Below, in pieces: positions 24,523 through 36,519 of a stretch of 64,000 bases of DNA. Origin of the DNA: Cyanidioschyzon merolae (lineage: Eukaryota). The notes under the pieces were generated by a model. It was not told the origin of the DNA, searched no databases, and saw only the letters and a list, made by a program, of their open reading frames with translations. The position numbers were made by a program, and so were the translations under genes. Location of the stretch: assembly GCA_000091205.1 (NCBI GenBank), contig AP006502.2; one strand, given 5' to 3'. Position 1 is the first letter of the stretch, and each line of letters opens with the position of its first letter.

Positions 24523-25695
24523 TCAACTCGCGATGCGCAAATTCGCGTGCAGCGACGCTACATCTTCGATGAGCTTGGCGAGCTCCTCTACTTTTTCCCA
24601 TTCGCTGGCCTCGATTTCTGGCTGAGCGAAGATGAGCAAAATGAGTGCGCTATTCTGGGTTGTGCTGTCCATGGAAGCGACGGAATAGAGCCCTCCAATG
24701 CTGCTTGTGTCCGTGGTTTCGTCGTCCTCGCTCTCGCCGACATACAGACGACGGATGAGAACAAGGCCGCTTTCACTTTCGAACAGCAAATCACGCATCT
24801 CGTCACCCTGCACCATTAGAATCTGCTCCGTGTCATCAATGAGAAACTGAACATTCGCTAGCAGGGCGACCTGGTCTACCGTGGCATTCGAGGCGATGAC
24901 CTTGTTGCCCCGCAGCAGAATCGCTCGCTTCACGTTTCGGAGGCGCGTGAACTCTGCCACGACCGCTAGTGCGCTCTTCTGGATCGCGTCTGAAAAGGCG
25001 CCGTCGAACTGACGGAAACGATCCAAAAGCGTCACGTTCTGGACAAGGCTCCTCGATGAAAACGGGGGTTTGCGTCCGGAGATGCCGGGCACCAGCGACG
25101 GCATCGTGACAGCGCCCCTGGGACTAGCCGTGAAGCCAAGACTCGGCGCTGCCGCCCGAAGCTCACTGTCTATCACGTGATGGACCAGCTCAGGCGCACT
25201 TCGAGGTATCGGGGAGCCTCCGGAGACCTCCGAGGCGTTGCGCATGTGCTGGCTGGGGTGTCCGGGGGCATCCCCGTCGGTCAACGGGCTCGCTGCATGC
25301 GCGCTCAGCGAGTCGTCCGAGGTGTAGCTTCTGCCGTAGGTCGCACTTCTCGAGAACCCTTGTCCGTCCGTGGTCAGGCCGCTCAATAAAACATCTTCAA
25401 ACATTGTCAGAAAGTCATCTAGTAGCTTCGTGGCGACCAAACGTCCAAGTTGGCAAGAGTCAGACAGGTCCTGGAAAAGCGCTGCCGTTATTCTCGCTCG
25501 TTTGGCGGTAACCAACGTCAGGAGCATATCGTCGAACTGGACCTGAGAGATGTTGCGGCGGGTTTGCCGCGTGACAAACTCCATCACCGCCGTCAACAAC
25601 GAGCCCACAAGCCGTGGTTGCTCGACAGGCCGTAGCACCGCCTTGCTATAGAGAACGAGACCCGACTGCGAAACGATGAGAAAAGTTCGAATCAT
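24523..25695 (-). CDS. Longin/roadblock-domain protein, possibly a tri-longin of the Fuzzy/Mon1/HPS1 class (function uncertain)
   Basis: A 390-aa ORF with a verified ATG. It has an N-terminal MIRTFLIVSQSGLVLYSK longin-like start and a second SESGLVLIRRLYVG longin-like segment, with no other motif. Confidence 0.45.
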   Translation of the reverse strand: MIRTFLIVSQSGLVLYSKAVLRPVEQPRLVGSLLTAVMEFVTRQTRRNISQVQFDDMLLTLVTAKRARITAALFQDLSDSCQLGRLVATKLLDDFLTMFEDVLLSGLTTDGQGFSRSATYGRSYTSDDSLSAHAASPLTDGDAPGHPSQHMRNASEVSGGSPIPRSAPELVHHVIDSELRAAAPSLGFTASPRGAVTMPSLVPGISGRKPPFSSRSLVQNVTLLDRFRQFDGAFSDAIQKSALAVVAEFTRLRNVKRAILLRGNKVIASNATVDQVALLANVQFLIDDTEQILMVQGDEMRDLLFESESGLVLIRRLYVGESEDDETTDTSSIGGLYSVASMDSTTQNSALILLIFAQPEIEASEWEKVEELAKLIEDVASLHANLRIAS

Positions 25696-27346
25696 CGTTC
25701 ATGGTTTTTTCCCCAGAGCTTTGATTGTGAAACGCGGACTCAAGCAGGTCCCGTTCACCACGAACAGGCACAAAGCGATAAACCGTCACAGAGTCGCTGC
25801 CAACGGAGTTCTTCGTTCCAGGTTCGCGAACGGGTGCGCTTGGCTGGACCGCGCCCCGAGGAGCATCTGAGCCGCTGCAGGCGACTCTGGCTTTTGCTCT
25901 GGATCCATGAAGCAGCGGATGACTTCTGTTCGGATATTGTAGGATGGGGGTACCACGTGCATTTGATGTATGTTGCCGTGGAGTCGTTGGTCGAGTTGAA
26001 TCTGAGGCAATCTGTATGACCCGGACGGAACGAGGTGCGGGAGCATGCGCCGAGCCGTTCGTTGACGGTGCTCGTGCGCTGCCGACTTTTTCTTCCAATG
26101 TCAACGCTGCACAAGCGTGCTTGCGTGCAGCAGCTCGCATAGACGTTGTGGGTTATAGATTCTGTCAGAGGCGCCGGAAAACCTGCTCTCAGCGTCGCGT
26201 GCACGCGCTGCCTATTCACAGACTGATTGCCGTTCAGGACGCACTTGAAAAAGACACTGCAACATAAAAGTCTTTCCGAATGCATGAACTGTGAAGTGCA
26301 TAAAGGAGTAAACCATTGATAGGGTTGATTTTCGAAAGACTGACGCGAGCCGCTTCTTTGCTGGGCGGTAGCTACTGACGGCCTCGTGGCGGGTTTGGGA
26401 GTTTCGCCCCATACGCTGCAGCCGACGATGATAGACGACGTTGTATGGAGGCGGCCGCAGACACGCAGCATGAGACCGTCTTCACTGTGATACGTAAAAC
26501 GGAGCCTCTGTGGTTGAAGAAAGATGCGAGATGCCTACTGGAGCTTTGCGAGCGTGCACAGAAAGAGCACGATCATGAAACCTTCCCGAACGGAACCGAC
26601 GCGAATGCCAAGACTAGCGCAACGTTCTCCACATCGAGGTTGATCTCCACGGACGCTTCGCAGCAAGTCACTTGCTCTCAGGATCTCTGAAGCTGGTCCA
26701 CGTATACATGCAGGAATACATGTTCGGGTACACGCTTTGCAACCGCGATACCAGAAGATGTACAGCACGACTCCATTACGAGAAGCTCATGCAGCTTACA
26801 TTGTACAGGAACTCGAAGCCTGGTGCTCGGATCCTCGATATTCGAGCCCAACAGCAGCGAATCCGTTACGTAGCAGCATCGGAATTGCCCAGGAGCAGAC
26901 GGCACTGCCGTTGCATGCTCCAGTCTCGACAATCTCACGCAGCAGTAGCGTTCACCGATATCTCTCGACCTAGATGTCTACACAACTCGACGCTATATCT
27001 ACTATGAACCGCAAGCTCCATTACAGGTCCTGGGGGAGTGTCGGCTGCGTTGCCAGGTTCGCGATTTTCAATGACCGTTTTGGGAACTCGTCGCATTTGA
27101 TTCACACGGTAACGCTCGGAGACCCGTTGCCTTTTGCGCGTTGAAGCACCCAAGCTGGGATTCACGCGCAAAGACGTCGAACCGGGAGCATTAGCCTCCG
27201 GGCAGAGATGTTCTGGAGCTCTGGGTGTGCACTTCGTGCAGGGCACTAGCCGGACGCATGACTGATAGCGTCCTCGTCTATGGCTGCGAGAGCTCTGCGA
27301 CGCATGCCCGCAAGCGTGTTTCTCGCTGGGCGCTGGTATTCTAGGT

Positions 27347-27371
27347 TTAGAGTCTCAGTAGACGCAATGGG

Positions 27372-27407
<36 letters not shown>

Positions 27408-29152
27408 GGCTCTGAGATTCCCCGTATGCGCGGGCGCTTCCGAATGATAGGGCTGCGGGTGTCAAACGTGACGCCAAACTCGCGTTCGAAATCCTTTTTC
27501 ACCTCGATTACCTCATCTATGGATCGCGCGAGTCCCAGGTGCTGCATCATCCTGCCGAAACGCTGTTCATCGCGAATGGACCCACGAGGGTGCTCATTTC
27601 GCAGATCTTCGTCAGAGGGGCCTCCCGAAGAAGCTGCTGCATTCGCATCTTGCCGCGTACTCGTTTCCAGGGCACTCGCAGCGCTCTGGCTAGCCGCTCC
27701 ACTTCCGAGATGGACTCTCGCGGAAAACTTGGACCCGGGAACAGCTGCGCCGGTTCCTCCCGCGCCAAGCCGATGCTCTTTCTGGTTAGCATTGTCTGAT
27801 ACGAGCATCCGACCCGATTCTAAATAAAAAAGTTGCTTATCGGGATTTTCCGGGCCCGTGACGGCCATGGTTTCAGTACTCACACTACTGAATCCCAAGA
27901 TTTTGCGATTTCCAGGATCACTGATAGCGTTCGGTAACCGCTTGACGAGTTGCACGCTCTCGAACACGCGTTTGAGCAGAGTTGTGTTACGCAGCCATCG
28001 TGCGATAGCCTCTACCCGCTCCAAGGTCTCGTTGGGATCAACGCATGTCTTAAAGTACTTTGCTGCGTTCACGAACACAGGGACACGATCGGGTCCGAGG
28101 CCGTTCAGCGCAGCCATGTACTTGGACCGGGACACCAAAGCATGTTGCTCTTCGGGAACAGAGACTTTGACGCCACCAGGAAACCCGAACGGCGGCAACA
28201 CAGGTGTTCCAGCGCCTGCTCGGCTGGAGAAGAAAGCGCTCAACTCATTCTGGTAGAAAATAGGATCACATTTCAGAATATGTAGGTACCAGTTGTGGAA
28301 GCGAGTAGAAACATCCGTGCCACAGCGACTACACCAGCGATACGCTGCATGGCTTGACGGATGGAGACCCAACAAGATATCACCCTCGGGTTCCGGCAGA
28401 TGAAGGACACCGGAGCGGATATTGCCCGGCTCTACCGCAGTGGCGCGAGCAGCGGCGATGCCAGCCGGTGTCTGCAAGTTCGGAACCAGTTGCGCAAGTC
28501 GCAAACTCGCCTGATCAACCTGGCGGTCTGTACCAGTGACCGCTGCTGGAAAGTGCAGCAGACCGGTCTGGGCAGCGGCAGCAGCAGCTGCTGCTGCCGC
28601 CGCCGTGCTCGTTCGACGGTTACCAGAACCACGGCCGGTCATGTCGGCAAACGTGCCGTCCATAATGAAGGGTCGAGCACCAACCAGCTGTCTCTGTACA
28701 TAATTGTTCCCTAACCTCTTGGGTTCGCTGGCCTGAAACTTGCTCAGATCATAGGCTGGATCCCCGGGGTGGTAGGCCGCTAGCTTTTCAGCGAGGCTGA
28801 GCTCGAGGTCCGCTCGCGTTCGCCCTCGAGGAGCGTCATAGACCATAGCAATGACACGCAAAACATCTCGTTGCGTTTGCTTAATTTCTTCAAAGGTAAA
28901 CTGCGGCAGTGGTTTGATGCCAAACTCGAGCAACTTCTGCTCCCGTTCCGCGTCGTTGGCGTAGTTCCGGCGAACGGGTCCGCCGCCCGAGTGCGCGGCA
29001 GCACCAGCCACAGTCGAGCGCGCCGAGGTAATCGCCCCAAACCCAGGCGCTCGCCACACTGGCACGTTTTCCGGTTTTGAAGAAGTGTCTGAGCGGGTAT
29101 CTCCTCCTTGCAATCCTCTCGCCGAAGACGAGACTGGAGGTAGGGTCGCCAT
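27347..29152 (-). CDS. Hypothetical protein with polyA and polyQ tracts and a C2H2/C2HC-like motif
   Basis: A long minus-strand ORF. The first in-frame ATG is at 29150-29152 (MATLPP...), while the track start at 29281 is GTG. It contains WCSRCGTDVSTRFHNWYLHILKC. The C-terminus ends in an uninterrupted 14-residue Q run (QQQQQQQQQQQQQQ). Confidence 0.45.
27373..27406. repeat. (GCT)n microsatellite (polyQ-coding on the minus strand)
   Basis: gctgctgctgctgctgctgctgctgctgctgctg, read directly. Confidence 0.9.
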
Positions 29153-32053
29153 ACGCGCCTCGGAGTCAAGCGTGCAGCGCGACAACAATTGCGAAAGGAG
29201 TTTGGAAGGCGCCCTCGGGGCATGTGCAGGGCCCTGTCCAAAATGTGTGGTATATCCTATTTGGCATCTGAAAAAAGTCACCCGCTTACGATCTGTCCGC
29301 TGCGAGCAACGTGTCAGGCTGCGCGCTGTATATTTGTCACTAAATAGTCATAATTGTTCTAGGATTGGTAGTGGGTCCGGGCATGTGCCGAGCGCCCGAC
29401 AGCATTGCCCGTGTGATCTGCGGCGCTCGCGCACCTTGACGTTCTGGTTCGATTCCTCGGTGCTATCCATAGAAATAAATGCGAGCATGAGCGTCTGCAG
29501 TGCTCGGACACCATCATGTTTCCGAACGTTTCCAGTTGGTGCATTTATTCGAGGAGGGCGCTGCGATCGCATGGGAACAAGTACAAGTTTGAACGCTGCG
29601 TAGCGTCTGATGCCCAGAGTCTGGACTGAATGGAAACGAACTTAAAGTTTGAGCATGGTCGGTATAGCCGTCGGTGGGTATCTCCCGTCCAGAGAGCTGT
29701 ACCGCTGGTGTCTGTAGCACTGCGTCTGTTCCAGATTCGAATAGAAACAGGGAACTGCGCGCTTTGTACTTTCTGTCATGAGTTTTTCCTGCAAAATTTT
29801 TTAGACTTCCAGCCACGACATTCGCTATGCACCTCGAGAAGCTTACAGATTCAAATGCCTTCTCAGGATACTTCATCGTGTTTTTGGAGCGGCGCTTTCG
29901 ACGCTTCGTCGATGGAATTCTTTATGCCATCTTTGTCAAGATGATTCACGGGGCTCTTGAACGAGCGTTGGTACAAGAACTGATATCACTATCGAATTCA
30001 CAGGTATATGCCTCCATGTGTCTTTGTTCCTTGCGAGTAGCATGCTCGAGTCACGCATTCTTCATGATTGGGTCCGCTTGTTTCAAATCCATTCCTCGAC
30101 GCTGGATGGATGATGGAGAAATCGAAAAAGTCCCATGACTACTTGTTTACCAGCTTGGATTTTGTTCCCGCTATTCGTTTCCCCATGGTCAACATCGCGT
30201 TCCACACACCAATTATCGAAAGGGATAGCATGCGCGTGCAGCCGACAGAGTGCTCGCCGCAGAGATCACCCAAAAGTAACCGGTAATTTCAAGATACAGC
30301 ACTGGACTCGAAAGCGGAGTAGGGCGTTGAGGGCGGCCTCATGCACCCGTCATGGACTTGTGCTGAGCGATGAGGCGAGCGCGTTTGCCCCTCAGTGCAG
30401 CGCTCGGAGCAGCGGCCCAGATCGTACCTATATACATGTATATTGAAACACCTGAGCACAGTCCAAGTTTCACCGCTACGATCTACGCGCCCAGGCTGTA
30501 CACGAAGAACATGAAAACGACAAGCGAACCGCAGATCGCAACTTTCATTTGTGCACAACAAGCGTCGACTCCCACCAAAGGCGGTGTAATCGGAGCTACC
30601 TCGCTGCCACCAACATCTGTCGACTACTGCCGATAAAGCTGGATGGAAAGGGGAAACAGGCCGGTTTAAAGCCAGAGCTTCGAGAGAAGCAAAGCAAACA
30701 TTTGCAGATGTAGCTCACATCGGCCAGCGTTTATGACATTGCGACGAGACCCAAACTTTCGTATATGCACCGGAATGCGTAAAGTGTACCCGTTTCATTG
30801 TATGTTGACATTGGCGTTGAGCAATGATAAATTCGACGTGTAGCCGCGGAACCAACAAATGCTGTGCTCGCCCCGTGGCCGCAAAAAACCGCAACAAGAC
30901 AGGTGAATGCCCTTAAACGACAACGGTACAACGCGTGGATGTGCAGACGACGACAGAAATGGCCAAATGCGAACAGGCATCGACATACTGGGGCTGCTCA
31001 GTGGCCCGCGCCAGACGACCAGTGCGCAGTGAACGCACCTTCTGGCTCGGTGTGAAACTATTCTGAATTTTACCGGAAGCATATTCGTGCTTGTGCTTAT
31101 AGAGCAAGGCGTGTGTGAGACGCATCTGGACTTGCGCGATACGCACGCTCACTGTCGACATGCCGACGGGGATTTTCGTACTCAGCGTTACCGCGCGGGG
31201 ACACCACAGCGCGTTGCGCACGGTACCTCGAGCTTCCGAAATGCGCGGTTGCAGCGTTTGGAATACGTTTACGCTGGGTCTACCTCCGAGCTAGCCGTCA
31301 GCGACGGCACTCGGAGGAGCAGCGTATCCGCCCGAAACGGAGCATTTCTTGCGGTGTGCGACACGCACCGCATTCGGCTCCCCATGGAGCTGGTGTCAGT
31401 TCCGAGAGCGCGCTCATCGTTGCCAAATGCCGGAGCTTGCGCGCGGCGTTTCGTTTTATGTGACTCCGGAATGATGCACAAGGCGTTCTTGCTTGATATT
31501 CTGTAGCGATTTGCGCTCTTGCTGCCCACGAGCAGCCTCGGCAGTTACGTGATTCCGCGTCGTTTCCAGTGTACTGCGCTCGCTGGTTGTGCCTATGCTC
31601 CAGAACGACGCGAGCGAAGCGTCGCGAGAAATACACAGTACTCCCGCATGCTGACGTGACCAAGCGTTCCACGACGGGTCGGGTGACGGCAGCTATTGGC
31701 GACGCAACTCGTTTCTCCATCGAGTCAGTAACTCCAATGCCGTTATGCGCAGCTCTGAACGTACGTTGCGAGTCGCTTGCATCCAGCAAACGAGTGGAAT
31801 TTTCATCCGCAACCTAAATTCATGATCCATTCGCCATCCATACAGTGTCCTGGATACAACGGTTCTTCGGGAGAGGATCCCGTATTCCTGGAAGCAGCGC
31901 TCATCGTAGAGCGCATCGTGCCCGCTGGCACGACGCTGAGCGCCCGTGTGGCGGCCTTGAAGGCCGATCGCGCGTGCCCTAGCCATGGCGGTTTCACGGC
32001 ATCGTTGTGCCGGCGAGCAGGATACGCGAAAGTACCCATACACCGTGGCTGAT

Positions 32054-32096
32054 AGACAGGCAGACAGACAGGCAGACAGACAGACAGACAGACAAG
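32054..32096. repeat. (GACA)n/(CAGA)n microsatellite in the COPB2 5' intergenic region
   Basis: gacaggcagacagacaggcagacagacagacagacagacaag, read directly. Confidence 0.9.
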
Positions 32097-32177
32097 TAGG
32101 CAGGCATTCATCTAGGTACGCAAATAGTCCGGCTTGACCAGTATCCGGCTCACTTGCCCAAAAGTGCACCCCATAAG

Positions 32178-34895
32178 ATGCCTCTACGTCTTGATCCCGT
32201 GAAAGTTGCCCAGGTGCGGAGTGAGCGCGTCAAGGGTGTAGAGCTACACTCGCGAGAGCCGTGGGTGCTGGTGGCCCTCTACACCGGCCAGGTGCTGATC
32301 TTCGACTACGATCGCTGTGTTGCGTTGAAGCAGTTCGAAGTGTCAGACCAGCCGGTGCGTTGTGCGCGCTTCGTGGAGCGGAAGAACTGGGTTATCGCCG
32401 CCGCAGATGATCTCTACGTTCGTGTCTATAACTACAACACCATGGAAAAAGTGTGCGAGTTTGAAGCGCATCAGGACTATGTGCGTTCGATAGCTGTGCA
32501 CCCGACTCGCCCTCTGCTCCTGACAGCTTCCGACGACATGGCTATCAAACTGTGGGACTGGGAGAGAAACTGGAACTGCACGATGGTATTCGAGGGTCAC
32601 TCGCACTACGTTATGCAGGTGGTGTTCAACCCCAAGGATCCGAACACGTTCGCCTCAGCGTCACTCGACTGCACCGTGAAAATCTGGAGTCTGTCGAGCC
32701 CAGTTCCGAACATGTCGCTTGAGGGTCACCGCAAGGGCGTCAACAGTGTCGACTACTACCCGGGTAACGACAAACCGTTCCTGATCAGTGGCGGCGACGA
32801 TGAGCGCGCGATCGTCTGGGATATGCAGACAAGGACCCCGGCACAGGAACTCGTTGGCCACACGGCGAATGTCAGTGCTGTACAGTTTCACCCGGTGCGT
32901 CCACTGATACTCACCGCCAGCGAGGATGGCACCGTTCGTGTGTGGAACAGCAACACCTACCGTCTAGAGACGATGCTGTCGTACGGCTTTGAGCGCTGCT
33001 GGAGCCTGGCTTGTCTCAGATCGAGCAGCGTCATCGCCATCGGCTGTGACCTCGGGACGATCGTCGTGCGCATCGGAAAGGACGAGCCCGTTTACAGCAT
33101 GGATCAGAGTGGAAAAGTGGTTTTCGCAAAAAACAACGAGATATTCTTCGTAGCGCTGCGTCAAGCACAACTGGATCAGGTAGCGGATGGTGCGCGCGTT
33201 TCGGCACCGTTGAAGGAGATGGGTACCACGGAAATCTACCCGCAACGAATCAGTCATTCACCGAACGGCCGTTTCATTGCAGTTTGCGGCGATGGCGAGT
33301 ACATGATCTATACGGCGTTGGCATGGCGTAACAAATCGTTTGGCACCGGAGACGAGCTTGTCTGGGATAATGGCCCGGGAGAGTATGCCGTCCGTGAAGG
33401 CAACGCCCGGGTGCACGTCTTCAATCGAATGCAGAAGGAACGGGCGGTCATTCGCGCACCTTTTCCGATCAAAGCGATTTACGGTGGACCGCTGCTCGGC
33501 CTTGGCGGTGAGGATTGTATCTGCTTCTACGACTGGGCTTCGTTACAAATCGTCCAGCGTATTGACGTAGCTGCAACGAACGTGCTATGGTCCGACACAG
33601 CCGATCTGCTTGCGATTATAACATCAGATAGCTTTTTCGTCGTTCGCTACAATAGATCCACAGTGGATGCAGCTCTAGAAGCGAGTCAGGGAGTGCTTGG
33701 CGCGGACGGCGTAGACGACGCATTCTCTGTGCTCCATGAGCAGGCCGATCGCATTGGTACGGGTCGTTGGAGCGGGGAATGCTTTGTCTTCTGCACACAT
33801 AGCGGGCGTCTGGCGTTCCTCGTGGGGACCGAATCCACGACCATCGCGCACCTGGATAGACAGCTGTACCTCATGGGCTATCTGCCGACGGACAATCGCG
33901 TGTACCTGGTCGATCGTGACCTCCAGATTATCTCATATGCTTTGCTCGCCAGCATTGTGCAGTTTAAGTCCTACATCCAGAAAGGCATGCTCAGGGAAGC
34001 GCTCGACCTGCTCCAGTCAATACCGCACGCCGAGCACAATCGTCTCGCCCAGTCCCTTGAGAGAGCCGGATACAAGCAGGCAGCGCTGGAGGTTGCCACG
34101 GATACCGACTATCGCTTTGAGTTGGCCTTGACTCTGAACAAACTGGATCTTGCACGTTCCATTGCGGAGCAAGCACCCAGTGAGACTCGTTGGCGCCAGC
34201 TCTCCGAAGCTGCAATGGCCAACAATGATCTCCCACTGGCCGAAATTTGCATGCGAAACGCCCACGATGCCAGCAGTTTACTGTTGTTGCAGGTAGCGCG
34301 CGGCGATGCCGCCGGCCTCCGCGACGTTGCCTCGATTGCGCTCAGGGCAGGCGAATCGAATACGGCATTTTTGGCGAAGCTGCTCCTGCACGATCGACAA
34401 GGCTGCTTGGACATCCTCATTCAGAGTCAGCGATTTCCAGAGGCTGCGCTGTTTGCTCGCAGTTTTATACCGTCCAAGCTTGCCGAGACTGTCCAGTTAT
34501 GGAAGAAATGGCTCCGTTCCAAGGGTGAGGATCGCGCAGCCGAGCGCCTGGTAGATCCGGCGTTGCATCCTGAACGCTTTCCAGGCGTACCGCGCTCTCC
34601 ACTGGCCGATCACGGATTGGCCGATGCCAGAAACGGAACCAACAGCGTCTCAGATGAAAAGACCGAGGCGAACAAGCGGACACAAGTCAACCTGGTCTCC
34701 GATCTACCCGACGTATCTCAACTCGCCCTGGACCCTGGTTCACCTGTCGTGAGCAGCACTGGCACGGCAGACGCGCAGCGTCAAAGTACGGATGATGAGC
34801 TGGGGCGCTCTCCAGCGAGTGCGGGTCCGAGCTCTCTCGAGGTTGCGCGAACGCGGTCCGTTTCGCATGATAGCAACTGGGATGTCGACTTTTGA
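32178..34895 (+). CDS. COPB2: Coatomer subunit beta-prime (COPI)
   Basis: It has an N-terminal WD40 propeller (MPLRLDPVKV..., DYVRSIAVHPTRPLLLTASDDMAIKLWDW, FEGHSHYVMQVVFNPKD), and the C-terminal alpha-solenoid is collinear with COPB2 across ~900 aa. The track start at 32154 is TTG; the true ATG is at 32178. Confidence 0.9.
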   Translation: MPLRLDPVKVAQVRSERVKGVELHSREPWVLVALYTGQVLIFDYDRCVALKQFEVSDQPVRCARFVERKNWVIAAADDLYVRVYNYNTMEKVCEFEAHQDYVRSIAVHPTRPLLLTASDDMAIKLWDWERNWNCTMVFEGHSHYVMQVVFNPKDPNTFASASLDCTVKIWSLSSPVPNMSLEGHRKGVNSVDYYPGNDKPFLISGGDDERAIVWDMQTRTPAQELVGHTANVSAVQFHPVRPLILTASEDGTVRVWNSNTYRLETMLSYGFERCWSLACLRSSSVIAIGCDLGTIVVRIGKDEPVYSMDQSGKVVFAKNNEIFFVALRQAQLDQVADGARVSAPLKEMGTTEIYPQRISHSPNGRFIAVCGDGEYMIYTALAWRNKSFGTGDELVWDNGPGEYAVREGNARVHVFNRMQKERAVIRAPFPIKAIYGGPLLGLGGEDCICFYDWASLQIVQRIDVAATNVLWSDTADLLAIITSDSFFVVRYNRSTVDAALEASQGVLGADGVDDAFSVLHEQADRIGTGRWSGECFVFCTHSGRLAFLVGTESTTIAHLDRQLYLMGYLPTDNRVYLVDRDLQIISYALLASIVQFKSYIQKGMLREALDLLQSIPHAEHNRLAQSLERAGYKQAALEVATDTDYRFELALTLNKLDLARSIAEQAPSETRWRQLSEAAMANNDLPLAEICMRNAHDASSLLLLQVARGDAAGLRDVASIALRAGESNTAFLAKLLLHDRQGCLDILIQSQRFPEAALFARSFIPSKLAETVQLWKKWLRSKGEDRAAERLVDPALHPERFPGVPRSPLADHGLADARNGTNSVSDEKTEANKRTQVNLVSDLPDVSQLALDPGSPVVSSTGTADAQRQSTDDELGRSPASAGPSSLEVARTRSVSHDSNWDVDF

Positions 34896-34931
34896 AGCTG
34901 CTCCCCAGAGCTCCGTTCACGACCATCGTCT

Positions 34932-34947
34932 TGTGTGTGTGTGTGTG
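34932..34947. repeat. (GT)8 microsatellite just 3' of COPB2
   Basis: tgtgtgtgtgtgtgtg, read directly. Confidence 0.8.
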
Positions 34948-35592
34948 CGAATTGCATGCATATGAACTGCAGGGGATCCGCGGCCTTTCGAGATGCGTAT
35001 GGGGTTTCTCCATACAGGTCAATGGTTACCAGGTAAATGTCGCGTTTGCGGTCGATGCATCTATTCAGCATACGCGCGCTGCTTTGTTGGATCATGCTCA
35101 ATATCTATCCGAGCATGGTTTCTCGCGTGCAGCGCACAGTGCGAGAATCGCGCTGGGTGCACCGCTTTGACGATATCCGGACTTGATACGCGTTCGCGAT
35201 AGCGTTTCGCAAGCCCTTTGGTGCCCGGCACTTGCTACCGAAGTACTGCGCTGCGTACCATGGCAGACATCGAGGGTGTGACACGAACGAGTTCGCCGCG
35301 CACGCTCCTGCGGTGTCTCGGTAATGGTGCCGCGCTCCGGCTCAAGCAGACTCGTACCCGAGTATCCATCGACGAGAAGCATTACCCGCAGCAGGATTCT
35401 GGTGAGCAAAAGCACGGCCGCTGAGGAGGTGCCCTTCATAGCAGCTAGAGGCCGCAAGCAGTCGTCCACAGATGGAGCTCTTGGGACGCAGGCATAGTTC
35501 CCTACTGTACCCGGTGGCAGAGCAACATCCGCAGCAGGTGATGTGGTGTCCCGCGTATCCATGCGATGTACAGGAATGGCGGTGGTGCACGT

Positions 35593-35615
35593 CTTCTTCT
35601 TCTTCTTCTTCTTCA
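35593..35615. repeat. (CTT)n microsatellite
   Basis: cttcttcttcttcttcttcttct, read directly; it appears as polyK in the minus-strand ORF. Confidence 0.85.
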
Positions 35616-36183
35616 GATCGTCGTCCTTGCGGGAATGCGATTCCTTGTTCGATGCCGCGCGATGCTCACCGCGAGTCGCGCTCCAGACCCGACGAGGATT
35701 GTCAGAAACCTGGATGCTTCGCCCGCAATGCGCCATATTCAGCGCTCGGGCTTGAGACCTCGCGCCGTGCGGGAGCATTGCACGCATTCGTGCTTGTCCT
35801 AGTGTCCTGCGGAAAATCGCTGCCTCGGCTCGGGATTCCCACACTCGAGCGACGTCGCATTGCATCGCATCGCATCGGATCGGATCGTATCCAGACGAGT
35901 TGCTGCCATGCCAATGGTCACGAAGCGCCCCGCGGCATCTCCTCAGTTGGCATCGTGCCGCCGCCGCCGCCCTGCACCCGAGACAATCGAAAATCGCAGG
36001 TTCACAGCTCCAACAGAATTTTGGTTACTTCTCTCTGAACAGCACACATACCGCATATCCACGAATCATGCGTATTCGAGGACGATATCACGGGTATAGG
36101 TGTCGTCTTCGCCGTCGATCTCTTGCCTCAGGTCCACACCATCGAGGCGTCTTCTCGAATCCGGGTCGGAGTTTCAAGTACCG

Positions 36184-36519
36184 TTAACTGCTGTGGAGGT
36201 CGCCCGTCGCAGCCATGCCGTGTTTGGCATCGTAAACACGTCTCTCGGCATGAAAGATACTCTCGCGCATACCGCGTGTGAAAGACATCAGACCGTGCTT
36301 GCTCCGCTCGATATGTTCAGGTGGCGGGTTCTCAATATAATCAAACGGATGCTTGCCACGAATCTCGCGGTTCAGCTGCACATCGAGGCCCGACTGGAGC
36401 TTCCGCACCGACTGATAGACCGCTGCAAACACACCCGTGAGCACAGCGCCCACCAATGGGTACACGTCGGGCTTCAGCCACCTACGAAAGAACACGGAAC
36501 TGCGTGATGCTGTCAACAT
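36184..36519 (-). CDS. Small single-pass mitochondrial membrane protein, NDUFA4/COXFA4-like (tentative)
   Basis: A 111-aa ORF from the ATG at 36517-36519, with a presequence-like MLTASRSSVFFRRW. A hydrophobic helix, LVGAVLTGVFAAVYQSVRKL, is followed by DVQLNRE ... PPPEH. It resembles NDUFA4 only loosely. Confidence 0.3.
   Translation of the reverse strand: MLTASRSSVFFRRWLKPDVYPLVGAVLTGVFAAVYQSVRKLQSGLDVQLNREIRGKHPFDYIENPPPEHIERSKHGLMSFTRGMRESIFHAERRVYDAKHGMAATGDLHSS

Noticed and set aside
29440-29475. GGTTCGATTCC T-loop-like motif suggesting a tRNA
   Set aside because: The flanking sequence does not form a 5-bp T-stem (only 2 G-C pairs) or an acceptor stem, so I did not call a tRNA.
35098-35865. 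255-aa minus-strand ORF with a polyK run
   Set aside because: The polyK is the (CTT)n microsatellite in frame. The remaining sequence is Arg/Ser/Ala-rich with no motif, and the region is crossed by ORFs in several frames. This is insufficient for a gene call.
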